Assembly: GCA_039814625.1 (NCBI GenBank)
Contig: JBCCAU010000008.1
Location: forward strand, 64,935-128,934
Direction of reading: 5' to 3'
Length of the DNA stretch: 64,000 nucleotides
Source: Pseudomonadota bacterium
GTDB taxonomy: Bacteria; Pseudomonadota; Alphaproteobacteria; Rhodobacterales; Rhodobacteraceae
The position numbers were made by a program, and so were the translations under genes. The first letter of the stretch is position 1, and every line of letters starts with the position of its first letter. Below are positions 40,089 to 49,993 of the stretch, in pieces. The notes below the pieces were generated by a model. That model was not told the DNA's origin and made no database searches. It was given only the letters and a program-made list of their open reading frames with translations.

Positions 40089-40990
40089 TGGATCACTCTT
40101 TTCGGCGAAGACAGTTCGCTTCGGGCGAGATCTCTATAGGCTGAGGGCGTCATCTCTTTCATCTTCAGGAAATGACGGTTGAAATTCGCAAGGTTCTGAA
40201 ACCCGACATCATAGCAAATGGTCGAGACCGGGTCGTCAGTTGCATAGAGCTTTGAACAGGCTTGGCCAATTCGGATCCGGTTGACGAATTCGATAAAGTT
40301 GTTGCCGGTTGCGCGTTTGAAGTTTCTGGAAAAGGCAGGCGGACTCATGTTGGCCATAGCGGCGACCTGATCCAAGGTGATTTCTTCCCAGTAATTCTGC
40401 GAAATGAAGTCGATCACTTCGCCGATCCGCGCCTGCTTTGAATTGCCTTTGTGTTGAACAAGGCCGGTCACTGAAAGCGCTGTCTTTTCAGCATGTTCAT
40501 TGATGCGCACAAGAAAACGAATAAAGGCCGCGATGCGTTCTGTGCCCCTTGTGTTGCGAATGCGTTCAAGATGACCTCGGGCGAATGTAGGATCGAAACC
40601 GGTGAACTCTATACCTGATTTTGCAAGCTCCCACATGGAGGCCATTTCATTGAATTCAGCAAAGCCTTCGGTCAGGTGATTGATACTGTCCTGACTGAAT
40701 TGCACTAACATATCGCGGGTCTCAACAGGTTCTGGATGAGCATGTTCGTCGGTGATCCAATTATGCGGCAGATTGGGGCCGGTCAGGAAGAGCGCGCCGG
40801 GGCGGAAGTCGCCAATGTAGTCGCCAACAAAAGCTTTGCCGCGTGTTTCCGTTATCAGGTGAAGTTCATATTCGGGGTGGCTGTGCCATCGACATAAATC
40901 TGTTGGCCAACCGTGTTCGATGTAGCGGATACTTTCCGTCCCGCGATCAACATATTCAAATTCAGGTTGAATGATTGACATCGCTCTCAC
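40085..40990 (-). CDS. AraC-family regulator (MtlR-like)
   Basis: WH.HPEYELH cupin domain; C-terminal double HTH GF.NLANFNR.F. Confidence 0.92.
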   Translation of the reverse strand: MRAMSIIQPEFEYVDRGTESIRYIEHGWPTDLCRWHSHPEYELHLITETRGKAFVGDYIGDFRPGALFLTGPNLPHNWITDEHAHPEPVETRDMLVQFSQDSINHLTEGFAEFNEMASMWELAKSGIEFTGFDPTFARGHLERIRNTRGTERIAAFIRFLVRINEHAEKTALSVTGLVQHKGNSKQARIGEVIDFISQNYWEEITLDQVAAMANMSPPAFSRNFKRATGNNFIEFVNRIRIGQACSKLYATDDPVSTICYDVGFQNLANFNRHFLKMKEMTPSAYRDLARSELSSPKRVIQ

Positions 40991-41754
40991 ATCCTTAAGA
41001 CCGAGCCGCCATCGACGCCAAGCGTCTGAGCCGTAATGTACTGAGATTGATCCGAGGCCAAGAACACCGCCACGCGTGCGATTTCGTGCGGTTGGGCCAT
41101 GTAGCCCAATGGGACGGCTTCGCCGACTTCGCGTTTTTTTTGACCAAGCGGTTTATCTTCAAATTTGGCAAAAAGGGCGTCAACAGAATCCCACATCGGC
41201 GTATCTACTACGCCAGGACTGATCGCATTCACACGTATCTTGTATTCGGCCAGCGCAAGGGCTGCGGATTGGGTATAGCTGATCACTGCCGCCTTTGTTG
41301 CGCAATAATGGGCTACCAAAGCCTCGCCCCGATGACCTGCCTGAGAAGACAAATTTATGATCGAACCCGGCTGGCCGTTTGCGACCATGGATTGGGCAGC
41401 AGATTGCATTACCGCAAACATCGCCCGGACATTCAATCTGAACAATCGGTCAAATTGATCGAGGTCGGCTTGCAGAATGGACCCCATGTCAAAGACCGCC
41501 GCATTGTTGAATAGAATGTCCGGCCTGACGTCTTTGATCCAAGCGCTTGCGTCCGACAGTCCATCATCACTTATCAAATTGAAGCGCTTGTAGCTCGCTT
41601 TGCAATTGCCCGAGAAGCGATCGCCAATATCTGTCGCATAAACAGTCGCCCCCAGCATTGCAAAATGTTCGGCCGTGGATGCCCCGATGCCGCCATTGGC
41701 GCCTGTGACTAAACAGTTCTTGCCTTCTAAGGATATAGGCGCGGCGTTGATCAC
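40987..41754 (-). CDS. Sorbitol/L-iditol dehydrogenase (SDR, SmoS-like)
   Basis: TGANGGIG, NNAA, SQAG.RGEALV..YCATK; GTG start overlaps upstream stop. Confidence 0.9.
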   Translation of the reverse strand: MINAAPISLEGKNCLVTGANGGIGASTAEHFAMLGATVYATDIGDRFSGNCKASYKRFNLISDDGLSDASAWIKDVRPDILFNNAAVFDMGSILQADLDQFDRLFRLNVRAMFAVMQSAAQSMVANGQPGSIINLSSQAGHRGEALVAHYCATKAAVISYTQSAALALAEYKIRVNAISPGVVDTPMWDSVDALFAKFEDKPLGQKKREVGEAVPLGYMAQPHEIARVAVFLASDQSQYITAQTLGVDGGSVLRM

Positions 41755-42587
41755 TTGACGGCTCCGAACGTCAGGCCTTGGACTAGCTGTTTCTGACAAA
41801 ACCATCCCAAGACGATAATCGGGCCAACAGCTGCCGTTGATACGGCCGATAAGCGCCCAAAGAAAAGACCTTCGGGTGCGCGATTGCCTTCAATCAACTT
41901 GGAGAGTGTTGCTGCGTCCGTTGTTGTCAGGCGAACCGTCCAATACGCTTCATTCCAGCAGAAAATAAAACACAATAGGGCTGTTGAGGCGAGCCCGCCC
42001 CACGCGAGTGGCAAAAGGATATCTTTGATTTCGCCCCAGGTGCTGACCCCATCCATCTTGCCTGCTTCGATAATCTCTTTTGGGATTTCTTTGAAATACG
42101 TGAACAACATCCAGATCACGATCGGTAAGTTGATCAGCATCAAAACGGTGATGACCAGGAAATGGGTGTCGAAAATGCCAAGATAATTCTTTGTTAAAAA
42201 AGTCATTGGATAGAGGACCCCCGCTGCGGGCAGCATCTTTGTCGACAGCATCCACATCAAAAGGTCCTTCGTGCGACGGGTTGGGTTAAATGCCATTGCA
42301 TAGGCAGATGGAACTCCCACAACCAAACAGAAGAAGGTCGCAAAGGTTGCAGTGATGACCGAGTTTGTCGCGAACCGCCAATAATCATAGTTCTGCGTCA
42401 TATTGGCGTAGTTTTCGAGCGTTGGGGTGAAGAAAAATAGGAACTCCGGTTTCACGGCATCCGCGTCTGTTTTGAAACTGGTTAGGATCATCCAAAAGAT
42501 TGGAAAGAAGAAGATGATTGCCACGGCCCAGGCCAGAACGGGCCAAAAGAATTTTGAGAACTTTGTTTCTTGTGCTACAATTGTCAT
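41751..42587 (-). CDS. Polyol ABC transporter permease (SmoG-like)
   Basis: WMLSTKMLP, EAGKMDG loop. Confidence 0.9.
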   Translation of the reverse strand: MTIVAQETKFSKFFWPVLAWAVAIIFFFPIFWMILTSFKTDADAVKPEFLFFFTPTLENYANMTQNYDYWRFATNSVITATFATFFCLVVGVPSAYAMAFNPTRRTKDLLMWMLSTKMLPAAGVLYPMTFLTKNYLGIFDTHFLVITVLMLINLPIVIWMLFTYFKEIPKEIIEAGKMDGVSTWGEIKDILLPLAWGGLASTALLCFIFCWNEAYWTVRLTTTDAATLSKLIEGNRAPEGLFFGRLSAVSTAAVGPIIVLGWFCQKQLVQGLTFGAVK

Positions 42588-42597
42588 GTTTTCGTCC

Positions 42598-43536
42598 TCA
42601 ATCCATCAATGTCTTGCCGATCATCCGCAGCAGGAAGATCGCAAGTATATTGGCCAAAATGACCGCGAAAATACCTGTCGCACTGGCTGCCCCGATATTG
42701 TTCGTTGCAAACTCTCCAATCAGATAAGGTAAGTTTTTGTTTCCGTTGCCGCGGCTGACGATTTCAATTTCTGCATAGAGAGATAGGTGAAAGATTGATT
42801 GTATCATCACCACGATCGCAATGGGCCGGCCTAGATGGGGTATGGTCAGATTTCGGAACCGTGACCATGCCCCCGCGCCATCCAAGATTGCAGCCTCAAT
42901 CTGCTGCTGATCTTCAGACTGAAGCGAGGTCATAAAGATCAGCACTGCGAACGGCGTCCACTGCCATGTCACCATTAAGATGACCGCATAAGCGGAGGTT
43001 TGGGTGGCCCGGAATGAAATCGGTTCCAATTCTGGCCACAGGGAAAAGAATGCGCCAAGCACGGGGAAATCTCTGAGCCCATCGACCACATCGTTGAGAC
43101 CAGCCACAGCGATCCCTTGCAGACCTAGAACGGGGTCCAAGATCATGTTGATCCAAAGAACCGCATTCACAGCAGGCATCACAAAGAAGGGCGAGATCAG
43201 CAGAACACGCACGATGCCGCGTCCCGGGAAAGATCGATTGACCAAGACTGCAATCGCAAGACCCAAGATGACCGTGAAGACAACGATAGAGCATACCATG
43301 AAAACAGAATTATAGATGGCCAGCCAAAATCCATCATTGTTGAGAACGAATTCGTAATTGCCCCATCCACGCCAGTTTGAAAAACTTGGCTGGGTCCATT
43401 CAGGACGCCGCAAGCTGTTCAACACGTAACGGATAAACGAAAAATACAGCGTTAAACTGAGCGGGACGAGCATCCAGATCAGCAATAAAATCACGGATGG
43501 TGCTTGAAGCAGCCGTGGAAGTCTTCTGTCTGACAT
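42598..43536 (-). CDS. Polyol ABC transporter permease (SmoF-like)
   Basis: WQWTPFA, EAAILDGA loop. Confidence 0.9.
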   Translation of the reverse strand: MSDRRLPRLLQAPSVILLLIWMLVPLSLTLYFSFIRYVLNSLRRPEWTQPSFSNWRGWGNYEFVLNNDGFWLAIYNSVFMVCSIVVFTVILGLAIAVLVNRSFPGRGIVRVLLISPFFVMPAVNAVLWINMILDPVLGLQGIAVAGLNDVVDGLRDFPVLGAFFSLWPELEPISFRATQTSAYAVILMVTWQWTPFAVLIFMTSLQSEDQQQIEAAILDGAGAWSRFRNLTIPHLGRPIAIVVMIQSIFHLSLYAEIEIVSRGNGNKNLPYLIGEFATNNIGAASATGIFAVILANILAIFLLRMIGKTLMD

Positions 43537-43684
43537 TTTACCCCTCCCCAGAGTTAAATGACGTCGCTTGTTTCAAATTATACAGTCATTTTCCAAGCAC
43601 CGGCGGGGTGCCGAGGCCAAAAAAAGAACCGTGAAGCAAAAGGCCCAAACATCAAGTTCGGGCCTTTCAGCATTTGGAACATTC

Positions 43685-44971
43685 TTATTCGTAGTAACCT
43701 GCTTCTTTCATGATTTCGTCAGCTGCCGCTTGAGACGCTGCCAACGCGTCTTCAACGGTTTTCGCACCGGAAAGGGCTGCGGCCATTTCCTGAGCAACCG
43801 CAGACCCAACCTGTGGGAATTCTGGGATCGCTGCGAACTGAACACCGACATATGGTTTGATCGCAGAAGCGGCTGGAGCCGCTGAGTCGATCGCCGCCAT
43901 TTCCGCGGAAGCAAAGCCTGCTACCGCTTGGAATTCAGGCAGCGCGTATGTGGATGCACGTTGACCCGTTGGAACTGAACCCCAACCGAATTCCGGGTGG
44001 TTACCCACAGCCTGAACGTAGTCTTTGGATGTTGCCCATTCGATGAAATCAGCCGCAGCTTCAGCATTTGGGGAACCCGCTGGAATTGCCATAGCCCATG
44101 CCCACAACCAGTTTGCACCTGCTGCGTTGCCAGCATTTGGCGATTGCGCATATGCAACTTGGTCACTTTCCAAGAACGATGCCGCAATTGTAGCATCGAT
44201 CCACATGCCACATTTGCCTTCGTTATAAAGGGCAAGGATCTCGTTGAACGAGTTTCCTTCGGAACCCGGAGGTCCGTAGTTGCCCAAGAGATCAACATAG
44301 AAGTTGATGGCGTCTGACCACATTTGTGTGTCAAGCGCTGGGCGGAAATCCTCGTCGAACCATGCGCCCCCAAACGAGTTAACAACCGTTGTGATGAACG
44401 CCATGTTGTCGCCCCAACCGGGCTTCCCGCGTAAACATGCACCATAAACGCCATTGTCCGGGTCATGCATGGCTGCAGCAGCCTCTTTCACGCGTGCCCA
44501 GCTGTCATTGTCGTTGATTGTCACACCTGCAGCTTCGGCCAAGTCCGCTCGGTACATGACCATAGAAGATTCACCGTAGAATGGTGCGGCATACAATGTG
44601 CCTTCATGGGACAGACCTGCGCGCATGGCTGGCAGAATGTCGTCGACATCATAATCTGCACCAAAGCTCAGCGGTTCGATCCAGCCGGCCGCACCCCAAA
44701 TTGGGGCTTCTTGCATGCCGATATTGATGATGTCGTACTGCCCGCCACCTGTTGCTGTGTCAGATGTGACCTGCTCACGCAGGACGCCTTCCTCCAAAGA
44801 CACCCAGTTCAGCTTCACACCGGTTTCTTCTGTGTAAGCTTCAGCGACTGTCTGCATATTGATCATGTGACCGTTGTTGACGATCGCAATTGTTAGCTCT
44901 GCCGATAGAGCCGGAATTGCACAGGATGCGCCAAGCGCAAGCCCTGCCGCGGCTTTACGTAGAAAAGTCAT
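43685..44971 (-). CDS. Polyol ABC transporter substrate-binding protein (SmoE-like)
   Basis: Signal peptide, VNNGHM, APFYGESS, RGKPGWG; start moved to ATG 44971. Confidence 0.92.
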   Translation of the reverse strand: MTFLRKAAAGLALGASCAIPALSAELTIAIVNNGHMINMQTVAEAYTEETGVKLNWVSLEEGVLREQVTSDTATGGGQYDIINIGMQEAPIWGAAGWIEPLSFGADYDVDDILPAMRAGLSHEGTLYAAPFYGESSMVMYRADLAEAAGVTINDNDSWARVKEAAAAMHDPDNGVYGACLRGKPGWGDNMAFITTVVNSFGGAWFDEDFRPALDTQMWSDAINFYVDLLGNYGPPGSEGNSFNEILALYNEGKCGMWIDATIAASFLESDQVAYAQSPNAGNAAGANWLWAWAMAIPAGSPNAEAAADFIEWATSKDYVQAVGNHPEFGWGSVPTGQRASTYALPEFQAVAGFASAEMAAIDSAAPAASAIKPYVGVQFAAIPEFPQVGSAVAQEMAAALSGAKTVEDALAASQAAADEIMKEAGYYE

Positions 44972-45281
44972 AAATTTTCCTCCCAAGATTCGCACACCAT
45001 GTGCGATCGACTTCAAAAGACCTGATTGCCCGGCTTTCTGGCTAATACAAACATCGCCTATTCATATACTAAATTGTCAAATTTTTAGCCAAATAATAAT
45101 TTCAATATTGTTTTAGTATCAATCTGACCTTCTGTTTTTGAAGCAAGCAGTGAATTTGTAACAGAACTGGGGTCAGAACAATGTGCCTAGGTTTTCCATC
45201 CTATTGTGGAAACAAACCCCAAAACATCTGGACCAGGAAAAGATTTTTGTGTGGCTGATTTAACAGCTGAGATAGGAATGC

Positions 45282-46325
45282 TTAGTCGTTTGGCAGAATG
45301 ATCTGGACCTTCCCATCTGGCTGCGACAACGCTTGTGGCAATCGGGTGATGGCTGTTTCAAGAGGCAACTCGGCAGAAATATCTGTTGTCCAACGGCCGT
45401 CTCGAAATCTGTTTTGTACCTCGCCAAAGACGCGCATCTTGCGCAAGAATGGGGTCTTATTTGCCCAAGCCGTTGTCCAGAACCCCTCAATCGATTTGTT
45501 GCGAAAGATCAATTCGCCTGGATCAAGAATTTCTGCCTTGGCTGCATCCAACTTTCCGTAGATAATCCAGCGCGCATTTTTTCCCATGGCCTTGTGGATC
45601 TTTGCACTGCTTTCTGCGGCGACGGCATCAAGAAAGATCACAGGCTTCTCACGGTCCAGAACGGCGGCCAGCTCATTGGGGTAGCCCGTATCGCTTTCGT
45701 TCAGTACTTGTGCCGCTCCAAGGTCCTTTAGGGCTTTGATTGGCGCCTCTCGGCGTACAATTCCGATCATCTTTTTGTTCTGGTCTCGTGCTAAGCTGGC
45801 CACAAGTTTGCCCAATTGGCTTGCTGCGGCGGAGAATACGAAAGCGTCGCCTGTGCGCACCAAATCCAACATCGCTGCGGCCGTGACCGGATTTACAACC
45901 AAGCCCGCGGCATCTCGATCAGCCATGCCTTTCTTTAAGGGCACAGCCAACGCGGCTTGCGTCACGGCGTATTCTGCCCATGTGCCAGAACCATCGGGTG
46001 TCACATAAAAGGCAACGTCGCGCCCCTTTAGAATTTTACCCATTAGACCAGGTCCCGCCTCAACGACCGTTCCAACACCTTCAAATCCTGCGGGTTGTCC
46101 TTGTTTGCGCGGTTGCCCGTAGAACCCTTGAACAAAAGCAATGTCAGAGGGGTTGATGGCTGCGCGGCGCATTTTGATCAAAATCTGTCCGGGACCGGGG
46201 GTAGGGCGTGGCAGCGTGCCGAGTTCCAGAAAATCACCGGGTCGTTCGATTTGATTGCCCGCGAACCCATCCATTTTGGCAAATCCGTCTTGGCGCAACA
46301 GCAAGCCGTGCATTTCGCGAGTCAT
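45282..46325 (-). CDS. MDR-family NAD(P)H oxidoreductase (quinone reductase-like)
   Basis: INPSD, GFEGVG, VNPVTA, AAASQLG. Confidence 0.88.
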   Translation of the reverse strand: MTREMHGLLLRQDGFAKMDGFAGNQIERPGDFLELGTLPRPTPGPGQILIKMRRAAINPSDIAFVQGFYGQPRKQGQPAGFEGVGTVVEAGPGLMGKILKGRDVAFYVTPDGSGTWAEYAVTQAALAVPLKKGMADRDAAGLVVNPVTAAAMLDLVRTGDAFVFSAAASQLGKLVASLARDQNKKMIGIVRREAPIKALKDLGAAQVLNESDTGYPNELAAVLDREKPVIFLDAVAAESSAKIHKAMGKNARWIIYGKLDAAKAEILDPGELIFRNKSIEGFWTTAWANKTPFLRKMRVFGEVQNRFRDGRWTTDISAELPLETAITRLPQALSQPDGKVQIILPND

Positions 46326-46423
46326 GGCAATTCTCCTGTCTAATTTCGCCTTACGTCATATCGACTAGTACCAACGGCATCAAACTTCTGCTTGGGCCTT
46401 TGAAAATCTTGCGGATCGAATGG

Positions 46424-47467
46424 TCAAAAAACATATCCGTCGAACAGTTTGCGCGCGGTGCGCAGAACACAGGTCGAAACGACATCACCACTTTCATCCG
46501 TCTTCGCAAGTATTGTCAGCTCTCCGCTTGGATGTTCAATCGAAAGCGTCTTGGTCGTCCCTTTGGGTATGCGGGCCATTCCGGCTGCAACTGAGTTGGG
46601 TACCAATGCCGCTGTAGCGACACTGACCGCGCCCAAAACTCCAATACTTGCATGGCACCGATGCGGGATGAATGTGCGTGTGTTGACTGCGCCACCAACA
46701 AGCGGGGGGCTGACCATTGTGAGCTTTGGTACGGTCTTTTCACCAACATCACCAAGGTTCATCATTGGTCCGCAAACCAAACGAATGCGTTCGAGTTTGG
46801 CTTTCAGAGCCGTACGCTGATCCAAGACTTCGCGACTTTCTTGTCCAGTGATCCCTATATCTTCTGCCTTCAAGATAACCACGGGCATACCGTTATCGAT
46901 CATGGTGACGTCTATGCCTTCAACCAGATCAGTCGCCTTCCTCGTCGGAAGAAGCGCACCACATGAAGAACCGGCTGTATCCCTAAATTCTATCGGAACG
47001 GCCGCAGATGTTCCCGGAACGCCGTCAATCTTTGTTGAACCATCGTAGTTAGGTGCACCTCCAGAGGTATCGATTGTCGCGACAGCGATTTGTCCGGTGT
47101 TTTCCATAAAGATTGAAACATTTGTTGTGTCGCCTGTTCGTTCTACCAGCCCGCGTTCAATGGCAAACGGACCCACTCCTGCAAGGATGTTTCCGCAATT
47201 CTGACCGTCCGAGACGAGAGGGTCATCCACAGACACTTGTAGAAATAGGTAGTCGACATCGACACCCTCGCGTTTCGAAGGGGAGACAATCGCAACTTTC
47301 GATGTCAGCGGGTCCGCGCCGCCCATGCCGTCAATCTGACGCGGATCGGGTGATCCCATAATGCGCAGCAAGAAGGCGTTTCTGTCCACGGGCAAATCTT
47401 TGGCAAGAAAGTAACCGCCCTTTGAAGTGCCTCCACGCATCCACATGCATCGGACACCTTCACTCAT
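46424..47467 (-). CDS. galD: 4-oxalomesaconate tautomerase (PrpF/FldA family)
   Basis: [15 protein letters not shown]....TSKV, NCGN, RTARKL.DG. Confidence 0.92.
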   Translation of the reverse strand: MSEGVRCMWMRGGTSKGGYFLAKDLPVDRNAFLLRIMGSPDPRQIDGMGGADPLTSKVAIVSPSKREGVDVDYLFLQVSVDDPLVSDGQNCGNILAGVGPFAIERGLVERTGDTTNVSIFMENTGQIAVATIDTSGGAPNYDGSTKIDGVPGTSAAVPIEFRDTAGSSCGALLPTRKATDLVEGIDVTMIDNGMPVVILKAEDIGITGQESREVLDQRTALKAKLERIRLVCGPMMNLGDVGEKTVPKLTMVSPPLVGGAVNTRTFIPHRCHASIGVLGAVSVATAALVPNSVAAGMARIPKGTTKTLSIEHPSGELTILAKTDESGDVVSTCVLRTARKLFDGYVF

Positions 47468-48131
47468 ATTTTAGGCCTTTATCTGCCAAGCGGCCTCGCA
47501 TGTCGTACATATCAAGGCCCAGTTTCCCGGATGCCAAAAGCCGACGTTTTTCGTTTTCTTTGGCCAATCGCCTTTGTGCCCTTTCCAAAACCATGGCTGC
47601 ATCTGATTGTGGCACTACACAGACCCCATCATCATCAGCGACGATAATGTCTCCGGGATTGATCGCTGCACCGGCGCAAACAATAGATACATTTACCGAT
47701 CCAAGGGTTTCTTTGACAGTGCCTTGGGCACAAATGGCTTTGGTCCAAACTGGAAATTTCATTTCGCTGAGTTCACGGACATCTCGTACGCCGGCGTCAA
47801 TCACAAGACCGCGACAGCCCCGGGCCTTGGCGGAAGTTGCAAGCAAATCCCCAAAGTAACCTGCGTCCGAAGGTGATGTTGTTGCCAGCACTAAGACATC
47901 TCCGGCCTGAATTTGTTCAATGGCCACATGCAGCATCCAATTGTCTGCTGGCGGTGCCAAGATCGTCACCGCACTGCCTGCAAGGGATCCACCCGAAAAG
48001 ATCGGGCGCATATAGCTTGCCAGTAAACCTGTGCGATCTTGCGCTTCATGAACCGTGGCAACACCGCAAATTCCCAAGGCGTCGATGATCGAAGGGTCCG
48101 CGCGAAGAATATTTTGAAACACAACCGCCAT
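47460..48131 (-). CDS. galC: 4-carboxy-4-hydroxy-2-oxoadipate aldolase (LigK/GalC)
   Basis: [29 protein letters not shown]. Confidence 0.93.
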   Translation of the reverse strand: MAVVFQNILRADPSIIDALGICGVATVHEAQDRTGLLASYMRPIFSGGSLAGSAVTILAPPADNWMLHVAIEQIQAGDVLVLATTSPSDAGYFGDLLATSAKARGCRGLVIDAGVRDVRELSEMKFPVWTKAICAQGTVKETLGSVNVSIVCAGAAINPGDIIVADDDGVCVVPQSDAAMVLERAQRRLAKENEKRRLLASGKLGLDMYDMRGRLADKGLKYE

Positions 48132-48859
48132 CAGAGTTCATCAACAGTGCGCGGGAAAATGGATTGGAACCCTTCGGCGTATTGGCATTCCCGTCCGCCC
48201 GACTGACCTCCAGAATTTCGCTTAAAGTGGTTTGCGCGTTGTTGGGCCACGCGCGTATAATAATCCCATAAATGAATCTGCCCTTCATTGCATTCCATCG
48301 CTGCGCGTTTTTGATCCCAGACCTCTGTGATGTCTAGGAAAGTGTCTGGCTTCCATCCCATTTGCTCTGTTTGGTGGGGTTCAAAGAGATACATTTGTGG
48401 GGCGCCCAATACCTGCTCATCCGGGTTGTGACCCCAAGCCTGCGCTATCATTCGGCACGTCATTGCGAACTCAGTCGTACGCATATGATCTGTGTTGTAC
48501 GGATCATACATGGAGTGGGTCATTATAAAGTTGGGTTGTACAGCGCGGATGATATCGACCACTTTTGTTTGTGCTGCATCATCCAAGTTTAAAGGGTAAT
48601 CTCCAAGATCTAGAAACTGAATATCATGGGCCTTTAACGCTTTGGCGGCGTTCTCGGCCTCATTGCAACGGATCGATTTGACGTCACCCAGTGTTTTACC
48701 GTCTTTCCAAAGACGGGCACTCTCCCCGCGTTCGCCAAAGGATAAGCAAACGATCGTAACTTCATATCCAAGGTTTTGGTGAAGGGCGATCGCTCCACCG
48801 CATCGCCAAACAAAGTCCGCTGCATGTGCAGATATGACCAAAGCAGATTTGACGCCCAT
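48131..48859 (-). CDS. galB: 4-oxalomesaconate hydratase (PIG-L family)
   Basis: [26 protein letters not shown]; start moved to ATG 48859. Confidence 0.92.
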   Translation of the reverse strand: MGVKSALVISAHAADFVWRCGGAIALHQNLGYEVTIVCLSFGERGESARLWKDGKTLGDVKSIRCNEAENAAKALKAHDIQFLDLGDYPLNLDDAAQTKVVDIIRAVQPNFIMTHSMYDPYNTDHMRTTEFAMTCRMIAQAWGHNPDEQVLGAPQMYLFEPHQTEQMGWKPDTFLDITEVWDQKRAAMECNEGQIHLWDYYTRVAQQRANHFKRNSGGQSGGRECQYAEGFQSIFPRTVDEL

Positions 48860-49082
48860 CGTCCCCCCATTAATATTCATCGTTCGGCTGACACTTACCA
48901 AGTGTCATCTAATAGCCTTATTCAGCGGACGTCTACCAAACACCGCATCAGCGGTATTTACCTTCGGCGTCGAGGCGTTGTTAAACAAGATTGAATGTAT
49001 CCAATATTGATGCGTCAAATTCGGCGATTGTGGGTCGGCGCCCTGTGTTTTAACATTTTGACTAGAACAAGGTGCAAAACCG

Positions 49083-49940
49083 ATGTGGGACGAAATTCAA
49101 GCTGCCGCGGAAGTCGCGAAATATGGAACTGTCAGCGAAGCTGCCAAAGCCCTCAAAGTGCACCGTGCAACAATCATTCGTCGAATTGATACCCTTGAAG
49201 AGCATCTTGGCCGCAAGATTTTTCAACGTCACAAGCATGGCTATACCCCGACAGAGATAAGCCAATACATTTTGGAAATTGCGCGTACGGCTGACACGCA
49301 ATTGGAGAAGTTAAGCCGTTTGATCGAAGGTGAGTTTGGCGAGTTCAAAGGAGAGTTGATCATCACATCCGCGAATTCCATTGCGCCAAAAATCCTTCGC
49401 CATATCGCATCGTTTACCGAGAGTTATCCCGACGTTCAGGTCAACTACAAAATCACACACCAACATTTAAACTTGGAAGAGGGCGAGGCGCATATCGCCT
49501 TCAGGCATTTCATGCGCCCTAAAAATCCTGACTATGTTGTCCTCCCGCATGAGCCGCTTCGGCTTGGGCTTTATGCCAGCAAAAGTTATATCAATCGCTA
49601 TGGATATCCCTCTGCCGACAATCTTGATCAGCATAGGTTCTTAGTTTTACGCACCGGACCAGAACCCGAGATATCCGATCATTGGATCAATGGGTTGGTT
49701 CGAAATCCCAAATCTGTGTTGATCGTGAATGATGAACTCGCAATCCATAGTGCCGTGGAGGCCGGTATTGGGATTGGCTTCCACCCTGTCGACCTTGCCG
49801 AAGAAAATCCCAATTTGCTGAGCGTATTGCCCATATCGCTAAAGTGGAAAGTGAACACCTGGATCGTGACGCATGTGGACTTACACAGGTCCCCGAAAGT
49901 GAAAGCTTTCTTGGATATTTGCCGCAATAACGAGCACTAA
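49083..49940 (+). CDS. LysR-family transcriptional regulator
   Basis: G.VSEAAKAL.V..ATI.RRI..LE..LG; divergent from galB. Confidence 0.9.
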   Translation: MWDEIQAAAEVAKYGTVSEAAKALKVHRATIIRRIDTLEEHLGRKIFQRHKHGYTPTEISQYILEIARTADTQLEKLSRLIEGEFGEFKGELIITSANSIAPKILRHIASFTESYPDVQVNYKITHQHLNLEEGEAHIAFRHFMRPKNPDYVVLPHEPLRLGLYASKSYINRYGYPSADNLDQHRFLVLRTGPEPEISDHWINGLVRNPKSVLIVNDELAIHSAVEAGIGIGFHPVDLAEENPNLLSVLPISLKWKVNTWIVTHVDLHRSPKVKAFLDICRNNEH

Positions 49941-49957
49941 GCACTGTATTCGAACAA

Positions 49958-49985
49958 CTGCCTAAGCCGAAAAGGGCTTAGGCAG
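49958..49985. terminator. Hairpin between convergent genes (probable terminator)
   Basis: CTGCCTAAGCC-GAAAAG-GGCTTAGGCAG perfect 11-bp stem. Confidence 0.65.
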
Positions 49986-49993
49986 AATTGGAA

